Below, piece by piece: positions 53,818 through 64,000 of a stretch of DNA of 64,000 bases (its first letter is position 1; every line of letters begins with the position of its first letter). This stretch comes from Heterodontus francisci. Its lineage: Eukaryota. Where the stretch lies: assembly GCF_036365525.1 (NCBI RefSeq), contig NC_090406.1, positions 24,596,854 through 24,660,853 of the forward strand, written 5' to 3'. Made by a program: the position numbers and the translations under genes. The notes under the pieces were generated by a model that worked only from the letters and a program-made list of their open reading frames with translations, ran no database searches and was not told the DNA's origin.

Positions 53818-56800
53818 ATTCCATTATTTTCACAGGACTGAAGACAGGCAATAGGTTTGTAGTTGCCTGAATCTGATATTCTCTCTTTTTGAATATGGAT
53901 ATCATATTAGTCTGTTTGCAATTATATGTACCTCCCCAGTTTCCCTGACACTCAATGAAACATAGAGCCTCTCAAATCTCTCTTCACTTCCCTTCAGAAT
54001 TCTAGGATAAGTACCATCTATCTCTAGGGATTTTGAATGTAGATTTAGCTCCCTTTGGTCCCTAGTGCCATTCACATCCGATGGGGAAGTAACTGAAGAT
54101 TGCTTCTAGCTGAGCACAACCTGAAATCAATCAGCAAACAGCATGGATGCCAAGTGCCAGCTTAAATGCTGACACTGATGACTAATATTATCCAAACAAT
54201 AAGAATGTTAAACCAGCTAAATGGTTGCACAATGCTAACCAGGTTGGAGAAGCTGTTTGCTCTGATTGGAAAAGTAACATGAAGGGAATATAGCTGACTA
54301 GATATACTACACTTTGCCGGATACCTTTTGTATTTAGGTTAAATGCTCAATGATGTCTTTGTACACGAGTATTGGTCTGCAGCAAAAAAACCTTCCTGAC
54401 GGAAATAATCCAACCCCTAGGTGAAAATAACAGTATACTAGCTAATTAATCACACCAAAAGCAATATTAAGTTGTGTATTGCGTTCAATAAATCTCAGAA
54501 TGCTTTGAATTGTACTGCTCTTGCTATTCCCGTTTTCTATTATTGTGCAGCAATTAGGTCAGTTCAGATTTGTTCATAAATTACATTCCTGTCATCTGCC
54601 AACAGAAAGTCAATGAGCAGTTGCATTGGCAATATTACAGCATGGTCTAAATGGGGAACAAGTAGCAATGTTCAGTAAAATCTTAACTTTCTGCATGATC
54701 AAATGTGCATGACAAATAAAACTCAATGTCAAGCCAGATTCCCTTTAGTAATATGCCCAGTTCATCTCATCCATGTTGTTACAATTGCAGCATCTCCATT
54801 GAAGATCTGAATGACTCTCGGGCCACATTTTGAGTAAACACAATAGCTCCTTTCATGATGTTGAGTATGGACTGCCGACAACAGATTTTCCACACCATTG
54901 TGCGAACCTCTAAAGTGCTGCAATATATTTTCCCAAAGAATAGTGTTAAACTCCAGAAAGCTTATTTTGGAAGAATAATCCTGGAGCCTATCTTAACTCA
55001 GTTTCACATTTATTGCACAGAATGAAAGGATTACAAACATGTAGCTCCTCACTCAAAACACTCCACCAGTAATTGTCTGCTTACAAGTGCTCAAGAAAGA
55101 CCCCAATTAACACCCTACACCTGCATATAATCAAACAATTGATACACAATTAACAGATTCCCATCTTTGAGAATACAATGTGGATTAATATGCTCAAAAA
55201 ACATTTCAAAGTAAATTCCATATTGGGTACCAAGTATTACATTGAGACACGCCCCTCCTCTAGCACCCCTAACAATTTCTTTGTAAGAGCATTTCTTTTT
55301 GTGAAACAATTGGACAGCTGACAACTTGCATCTACCCATTTAAGTTTGGAGATTTCCTTTCTCTCCAGGATTTGTTTCAATCCAGCAAGGTCAATATGTA
55401 GTCTTTTCTCACTCACACTTTTTGTAGAGTATACACTGTGCCACAAAGAACGATTATCCACATAACATTCAATGGGTATCCTATTTTCAGTATGTCCCTT
55501 GTTCAGAATTTCTCCCAAAATATTTGACAATTAGAACCCCATGTCTACTGCCTCCACAACACCTGGTGTTTCCACAGCTAAAGTGCTTTTAATGACCCGT
55601 TTTATTTTCTTAGCCTCCCAAGCTAAAGGACACCATTTTCCATATTCAACGATCAGAAATATTATGAAATCAGCTGCACTGGAATACCCATCAGCAAGGT
55701 TAGCATGTGAAGCATCACTAAAAATTATTAGCTTCCTGTTCTTTGGGTCACCTAAGGATGGGAATTTCAGTACACATTTCTCCAGATTTAGTTTTTTTAA
55801 TGTTTTATTTGCCCTTAAAATATTCTCAACTTCCAGCTGTTTCATCATCATGCTTAGCTCAGCACATAAAAGCTAGCAAAAGGCCTAGTTTGAAAGCACA
55901 AGCAGTTTAATTGACCAATCAAGCTTCATAATTGCTCAGTCTCTGCTTTAGAGAGATCATCATCTTTCTGTGATGACCTAACACAATTAACTGGGATGGC
56001 AGTAACACTCTCTAAAAAGGATTGTTGATTTAAAGTTATTCCAGACTTAGTCTGCTTAATATCTAAACCAATATATTTTAAGGGCCCACAAGTCTGACTC
56101 CCAATCTTAAATTCTGCCCTAATTTTATTAACAATTTATTTCTCAAAATCCACAGTACCACCCCATAAGAAATCATCAACGTGCATCATGAAGATGTCTG
56201 AAAGTTTTCCTTTATGATCCCAATAAAACATTGCAGGATCTGTTTTTAGTTGAACACAACCAATTTTCAACAAAACAGATCTCACCGAGAAATACAACAT
56301 CCTGGAAGCAGCATTAAGGTCATAGACGCATTTGTTCAGTTTCCATACTTTTCCTTCTGCATCAGCTGCCTCTTTGGGTGGTTTCAGAAACACTTCTCTC
56401 TGAAAAGTATCACGCTGCAGAAATGCAGCTTTTATGTCAATGGATCTATACTCCCATGGATATGCGGCCAAAACAGCTAAAAAGACTTTCAAGAATACTT
56501 TTCCAGCTGTGGGAGAGTCCACTCCAACATTGGTATCACCCAGTCGCTCTTCAAAACCCCTTGCAACTAGCCTCGGTTTAGCCTTATAATTCCACAGGGA
56601 AGGACTTCTTTTCGTACAAATCCATCTATGTGACAAGGCTGCCTGTCCCCTATCTGGTACCTCAGAATAAACTCCAAACTCTCTCCAACTCTCGAATTCC
56701 TTATGTTTTGCTTTTCTTATTAGTTTATCCTCAAGTTTGTTGGCAGCCACTAAACCTTTACAGTCTTCATGCTCTTTTCTTTAATAGTGCAGTGATTATG

Positions 56801-56868
56801 TTACTGGACTTTTAATCCAGAGATTGAGAGTTCAATTCTCACCTTGACTGTTGAAAATTTAGTGGTAG

Positions 56869-56940
56869 GTGATTGTCGTATAGTGGTGAGCATAGCTGCC
56901 TTCCAAGTAGTTGACCTAGGTTCAATTCCCAGCCATCGCA
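56869..56940 (+). pseudogene. tRNA-Gly(TCC) pseudogene
   Basis: GTATAGTGGTGAGCATAGCTGCCTTCCAAG matches recalled vertebrate tRNA-Gly-TCC; the stems carry transition mismatches. Confidence 0.8.
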
Positions 56941-57094
56941 AATCTGAGTATTTTGGGGGAGGTTGTGGCCAAGTGGTAATGTCACTGGACTAACAATGCA
57001 GGAACCCAGGCTAAAGCTCTGGGGGCATGGGTTTGAATCCCATCAGAGCAGATGGTGAAATTTGAATTCAATTAATAATTCTGGAATTTTCCCA

Positions 57095-57870
57095 ATACTA
57101 CAGAAAGCCGAGAGGAACATAGAAAGTAGAGAGGTGAAATCAAAAAGAAAATTAGGAAAGCTAAGAGGGAACATGAAAGAATATTGATAAGCAAAATCAA
57201 GGTGAACCCAAAGATGTTTTTGAAAGCTAACATGCAGATGATGCAAGCAATTAAGAAGGCTAATGGTATGTCAGCCTTTATTGCAAGAGGATTTGAGAAC
57301 AGTGAAGTCTTGCTTCAATTGTATAGAACCTTGGTGAGACTGCACCTGGTGTACTGTGTGCAGTTTTGGTCCCCTTACCTTAGGAAGGATATTATTGCCA
57401 TAAAGGGAGTGCAGCAAAGGATCACCAGACTTGTTACCGGGATGGCGGGACTGTCATATGAAGAGAGATTGGGGAAACTGGACCTGTATTCTCTAGAGTT
57501 TCGAAGAATGAGAGGTGATCTCATTGAAACCTACAAAATACTTAGAGATAGACAGGGTAGATGCAGATAAGATGTTGGGGAGTCTAGAACCGGGGACACA
57601 ATTTCAAAATGAGGAAGCCACTTAGGACAGAGATGAGGAGAAATGTCTTTACTCAGAGGGTTGTGAATCTTTGTAATTCTCTACCCCAGAGGACTGTGGA
57701 AGCTCAGTCATTGAGTATGTTTCAAGCAGAGATTAACAGATTTCTAAATACCAATGACATAAAGGGATATGGGGATTATGTGGGGAAAAGGCATTGAAGT
57801 GGATGATCAGCCATGATCATATTGAACGGCGGGACAGGCTTGATGGGCTGAATGGCCTACTCCTGCTCCG
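57095..57870 (+). mobile_element. CR1 3' fragment nested in the Copia element
   Basis: LVRLHLVYCVQFWSPY, RMRGDLIETYK and the CR1 tail. Confidence 0.9.
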
Positions 57871-59576
57871 ATGAGGACTTCTGCTTCTAGTTCTATTCCG
57901 ATACTGCTGTCTAGCCTTCATTTCATTGTGGAATCTGCTTAAACTATGCCCTTTATTAGTACTTTGATGTCTTTCGGGACAGCTGCTGGAAGATCTCCCT
58001 TGCACATTATCAGAGGCTCTTTCTTCAGTATGTGATCACTTCCTTACGCAAGAGTCACTTCCAGACCTACTACTAGAACTTGCACTGCGTCTTCTTACCC
58101 TCCACTTGTTCTCCCCATTCTGTAAGTCTATGGATCTTGCTTCTTGGCCATCATCTTGAACATTTAACCAATATTTTTAAACTTGCCTATAGATTTTCCT
58201 ACACGCCCCACAATTGTTGCATCCCTCCATCTAGTAGACCCGTCTGGAATATATGTGACCCGAGTACCTACCCGGGACAATTGTCCTTTGGATGCAATAG
58301 CTCTTTCTTGAGCGTCATGATCCCTCACATTACTATCCAACCCTTGATCTACCTCATTCTGTTCCTCAGGACCTTCATCACAAATCACATGAATATTTGA
58401 GGTGCAAGGTGCATCGTTTCTCCCCCCTATCAACTGTTCAGATTCTGAGATTTTGTAATCAGCCCCGATTAATTGCAAGGAATGAACTTTAACAGTTTGA
58501 TTTCCATGCGTGATAACCACTGTCTTACCATCACAACTGTTTTACTTTACCAGAGCCCTTCCATTCCCTATGACCCTCCCTTTTATAATACACCAAATCT
58601 CCTGAATTAAGTTCCACCTCAGATGGCCTTATATGATGCCTCAGAGCTGTCCGAATTTTCTCAGAGACCTCAGCCTTGATGGATGCCTGTCTCCCTGCAT
58701 GTAAAACATTCAAATGTGCAGAAAAAAACAGAACTAATTGTAGTACCTTCTAGAGCAGGAGGACTGTCGCACAGTACAGAAGGCAATTTGGATTCCACCC
58801 ACAAACCAATTGATAGGGACTATATCCTCCAATCATCTGAAGCAAATTCTTCACATGAATTGACCATGTCAAAGTAGTTGGCAACTTGCAGTTTGGCTGG
58901 TCAGCTAAGATTTTATGCAGCATTTCATTAACCATTGTGTGATTCCTTTCACAGAGCCCATTGCTGAAAGGCTTTCAGTATTCACAACCGTAATGTTCAT
59001 GATTTCACACATGTCTCTGAATTCGTCCCCTCCATTAACAGTCAGAAACTTAGCTGGAGCCCCAAGTCCAATCCCTATCCATTTCTCCGTAACTTTGTCT
59101 ATAATCACCCTCTTGTCATTGCTATTTATTATTTCAGAAAGGCTAAATCTCGTTGCTAGGTTTATAAAATGTATAATTATATTTATAATATTTATATTTA
59201 ACATAACATTTATATATATAAATTATAAAATAGAATGAAAATATTCTTGTCTTTGTCCCACACCTTTAAACTACCTCGTTAAAGTCACTTAAAGCCAATG
59301 GAAGGCTGATAATAGGACATGATGGTGTCCTCTGATCCTTTTTTTTTACAGATTTCACACTTTTCACTAATCTCTTCTGTTATCCTCGTATACTCATCAA
59401 TCACACCTGCATCCTTTAGCAGGGTTTTTAATCTGACAAGAAGGATTATCAAATTGTCTGTGTAAATTTAAGACAATTTGCTTTTTATCTCTCTGATTCT
59501 TAACACTTGATGCCATTAGTACTGTTCTAACACTCTGACCAGAATCAAGTTTTGTTAAGGGTATACTATAATGCCC

Positions 59577-60480
59577 TGTTACGGCCAGGTGAGAAAGGTG
59601 TCTAGGGGTCTTTTACTGTCTTTGCCTGGTCTTATTGTAACAGGGTTTGATTTTAAACACACTGTGTTTTGAACTCTCCCTTTATGAATCCTTGTTCACA
59701 GCTTTTCAATTATAAGGCAATGAAATGAGCACACCAGGTTTTCTTTAGGTTTAAAGAAAAGTGAAATTTATTAAACCTTAAACTCTAATACAGTTAATGT
59801 CTACGGATATATGACGCGCCCACGCTAGCATACACACGCAATACACACATCCAAATAGGGACAGAAAAGAGAAGAAAAATAAAATGGAGAGGTTTGAGGC
59901 AGTCTCTAAAAGGGGGTTTCTTGTTACTGTTCCTGTGTTTCCAGCTCGCTGTGGAGTCCTTGATTGTAGACAGCTCTTACTTTTCGATGGGGCCCAGTAT
60001 TCCTCTTAAACTTTGTTCACTGTAGGAGACTTATCTCTCTTGGGGTTCATATGTCTTCAATGGTTTCGGAAGCTGGTGAGAAGAGATGAGAGCAGACAGG
60101 AGAGAGATGTTCTCAGTCCAGGAGAAAACAGCCTTCTGAATTCAAAATCACTGTTGGAAGTTCAAATTCAAAAAACTCCAACAGTCATGTGGCCAAACTG
60201 GCCCGACCACATCGGTTTGTGTATTGGGCCATCTTAGTAATTAACCTGGGCTGTTTCAACGTCTGGTAATCAAAAGTCCATTGTGGATTAAATTGCAGCA
60301 GGGAATAGCTCCTTTGTCCTTTGAAGTACTTGTCTGTTGATATGCTAATATCTCTCTCCAGCCAAAATCTCCAATTGTTTTTTAAAGCAAGTTCTTTCTT
60401 CGCCATTAGCAGTTTAAAATCAATGTTCATGTTGTGAAATTAATTTTCCTCACTCTTGGCAGGTGGGAGCTTGCCTGATA
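59577..60480 (-). mobile_element. Solo LTR nested in the Copia pol
   Basis: Interrupts the LQFTQSG|HYSIP reading; flanks GCCC/GTCC (near 4-bp TSD); minus-strand AATAAA near 59770. Confidence 0.75.
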
Positions 60481-62489
60481 GTCCTGACTGGGTAAACTGC
60501 AAATTCACTGACTTCCCAAAAACAATTGCCTTAACATGCGCCATATCAATTTTCATTTGTGCCTTTGTCATTGAAGGCTTACTCAACAGTAAAGGTATCT
60601 CACTAGAAACTACATCAATACTGATAAAGTGGCTTACTCCAACTATTTTACATGGAATTGCTACTCTTTTCAGTGACTTCAATGTGTTGTCATCACCAAA
60701 CCTAAAGCTGGTAGTACTTTTATACTCCTTAACCTTACGTCGATCCTCACTACTGAGTGAATCCAGGTAGCTTTGTAACCAATCAGTTCTAAATACGGTC
60801 AGCGTGCAAGCACTATCCAATACAACACAGTTGAAAGAATTTGTAATTAACACATTCATCACAGGAATAAAACTCCTGTGACTAGTACAATTCATTTAGA
60901 TTCAACAGTATCTTCCTTTTCTGCTTCAGAATTCTCTGCATTGTGTATTATTTTGAGGACTCTACCCCTCCACTTCAGGCAGTTGATATATAATGATACT
61001 TTGAGTCACATCTGAAGCACCTATTAACTGTTCCTTGGGGATTCATGGGAATCATTCACCTATGATTGCTGTTTCAAGTCTGTCTTCCACTATAATAGTG
61101 AGACCTGCTAAAGGTGTTTTCATTCTCATTCCTCCTGTCTTTAACTCTTCCATTGTACTTATGCCCGCTTCCAGTATCTGAACCATTTCAAAATCTAGTA
61201 AACATCGAGTCCTCCATTCTTTGTGACACCGGAGAATGCCCTGTTTGTTCTACCAGGGCTGTAGGAAATGAGTATTTCCCCAGAAACTTCTTTAAGGCAG
61301 CAGATATTTGATCCAACAGGGAGTCGTTGTCCAGGAACTGAACCCCAGTTAGAACGAGAATCCTGTCCATATGTGACACCCTAGCACAATCTAGCAATTT
61401 AAATGCTAGCACTGAACCAGGGATCTCTAAATTGAATTTCCTCAATCTTCTATACAGTCTGTTAAAGTCCATGATATATTCCTCCATGAATGTGTTCTGA
61501 AATTTATCAAACTCTGACCATGCCTCATACACATTCAATAGGTCATCTTTCTTGTAAATTTCATCCAAGGATTTTCACAGAAGATCCAACCCTTCATCAG
61601 TTTCCAACTGACGAGCATCCAGTTCACAAAACACTTTACTTCTGATTTTACTTTTGGTGGGAAGTGACAATGCCAAGACCATGCCTTGTTTCCTCTTTGG
61701 TAGAGATGTAACCCATGTCCACATACCCACTTCATTCTTCCACTGGTCATCTGCTTCAGACTCAGAGAACATCGGAGGGTAATCATACCCTGACAATTTA
61801 CACTTGCTTTCTGCCATATTTTCCACAATAGCCCATGAGATTTTAGTTTTCTATGTAAAAAAAATTTCCTCATTTCCAACCTTCATCTTTAGGCAACCAT
61901 CATCTGCTACCATATTAAACTCCAGAAAGTTTGTTATGGAAGGATAATGCTGGAGCCTATCTTTACTCAGTTTCATTTTTATTGTACAGAGTAGAAGGAT
62001 TACAAATATGTAGCTCCTCACTCAAAACCCGCCACCAGTCTCAATAAGTGTCTGCTTATAAGTGCTCAAGACAAACCCCAATTAATACCCTCCACCTACA
62101 CATAATCAAACAATTGATATGCAATTAACAGATCAACAAATGGAGCTTTCCGGATACTCTGAGAACTTCTACTTTTCATCCTTTTCCTGCAATCAGCTGG
62201 CAGGAAATGTAAACTGAATGCAGATTCTCTGAATTAAAGTGGTTGAAAACCTTCAGCCCAATTAGTCACACAGAAACAACTGTACTTCTTGCTCACCAAC
62301 ACAAAGGATTTCTCCAACATGGAGGCATTCTATCTCTTACCACTCAAAGTTTCTGCTGACCGCCATTCCAACGTAGATAATTGGGAATAGAATGCAATGT
62401 TGCTATTCTCCATTGGCATTCTTCATGAAAATCTAACTCTGCCGCATTTAGAATCTTCTGTTACACCCTAAGCTCAGATTGGAGGTAAG

Positions 62490-64000
62490 CAAAACTGGTA
62501 ACCTGTCTGAGGTGTGAGAACCCAGAACAAGTATTAGAGAGGAATACCAAGATGCACAGAATACTGGGGGAGATAGATAGCACAAGAGTAGGGAATAGTA
62601 CGTTATTAGGTGGGGTCAGAGTAAGGGAGAAAGTAATAAAGTCTGAAGCAGGGTTAATGTGCATGTATGTGAATGCACGGAGTGTGGTTAATAAGACTGG
62701 TGAGGTACAGGTGCAGATTGCCATGTGGAAATATGATGTTGTGGCTATAACAGAGACCTGGCTCAAAGGAGGGCAGGACTGGGTGTTAAATATTTCTGAA
62801 TACAAGGTGTTCAGGAAAGACAACAAAGGGGGAGGGGTGGCAGTATTGATTAAGGAGAGGATTGCAGTGGTGGAGAAAAAGGATGTCCCAGAAGGGTCAA
62901 GGACAGAATCAATTTGGCTGGAGCTAAGGAACAGAAAAGGTGCGGTTACATTGCTCGGTGTTGTCTACGGGCCACCAGCTAGTGGGAAGGACATGGAGGA
63001 ACAAATTTGTAAGGAAATTACAGAAAGGTGCAAAGATTATAGGGTAGTTATAATGGGGGACTTTAATTATTCAAATATAGACTGAGATAATAGCAGTGTA
63101 AAGGGCAGTGAGGGGCAAGAGTTCCTAGAGTGTGTTCAGGAAAATTTTCTCCAACAGTATGTTGCTAGTCCAATGAGAAAGGAGGCACTGTTAGACCTAG
63201 TTCTTGGGAATGAGGTGTGCCAAGTGGATCAAGTATCAGTAGGACAGCATTTCAGCGATCATTGTATCATATGGTTTAGGCTGACTATGGAAAAGGACAA
63301 AGAGCAATCCAGGGTAAGAATAATTAACTGGGGAAAGGCTAACTTCAATGGGGTAAGAATGGAGCTGGGGCGAATAAATTGGAGTCAAAAACTGGCAGGA
63401 AAACTGGTAGATGAACAATGGGCTACCTTCAAAGAGGAGATAGTTCAGGCACAGTCAAGGTATGTTTCCTCGAAGGGGAAAAGTACGGCAAACAAATCCA
63501 GAGCTCCCTGGTTGACAAAAGAGATAGAGATTAAGATAAAGAAGAAAAAGTGTTCTTATGACAGATGCCAGGTAGAAAATACTACTGAGAACCAGGCTGA
63601 ATATAGAATCCAGAGAGGAAGTGAAAAATCAAATAAGAGAAGGAAAGAGAGAGCATGAAAAGAGACTGGCAGCTAGCATTTTAGGAAATCCCAAAGTGTT
63701 CTATAGGCATATAACTAGTAAAAGGGTGATAAAAGGAGGAGTGGGGCCGATTGCGGACCAGAAAGGGGATTTACACATGGAGGCAGAGGGCACAAGCTGA
63801 GGTATGAAATGAATACTTTATAACTGTCTTTACCAAGGAAGACAATGCAACCCAGGCAATGTTGAAAGAGGAGATAAGGCAGACACTAGAGGGGTTTAAA
63901 ATTGATAAAGAAGAAGTATTAGAAAGGCTGTCTGTACTTAAAGTGGATGAAGCACCAGGGCTGGATGAGATGTATCCAAGGATACTGAGGGAAATGAGGG
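62490..64000 (+). mobile_element. CR1 LINE ORF2 endonuclease region, runs off the window
   Basis: YVNARS, AITETWL, KGGGVA, MGDFNY, LLDLVL, SDH motifs. Confidence 0.93.

Larger units (their letters stand above)
54944..62130 (-). mobile_element. Ty1/Copia LTR retrotransposon, GalEa-like, decayed, with nested insertions
   Basis: LTRs 61913-62130 and 54944-55155; PBS TGGTAGCAGATGATGGTT (initiator tRNA-Met-like); order gag, PR (LDSAC), IN, RT (RLVARGF, HVDDF), RNase H (FSDAS, DNRSL). Confidence 0.92.

Noticed and set aside
56869-56940. Functional tRNA-Gly gene
   Set aside because: Stem mismatches and location inside a nested insertion; called a pseudogene.

Overview
Vertebrate genomic DNA, most likely a shark or other cartilaginous fish (HE1-type V-SINE, CR1 LINEs, Penelope-type repeats). 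The window lies inside a minus-strand unc13a (Munc13-1) gene. Ten phase-compatible coding exons (51753 to 15420) encode C2B through the start of the MUN region, and one intron has a GC-AG donor. The introns are full of decayed mobile DNA: CR1, L2 and RTE LINEs, SINEs, GC-rich MITEs, solo LTRs and a two-LTR GalEa-like Copia element with nested insertions. The standout is a Gypsy-type LTR element (28877-31714) with gag and protease in which RT/RNase H/integrase are replaced by a decayed myc-family segment (Myc box IV plus bHLH-ZIP). Its LTR carries a near-perfect E-box palindrome. All calls come from manual reading and recalled family motifs; no database search was run.
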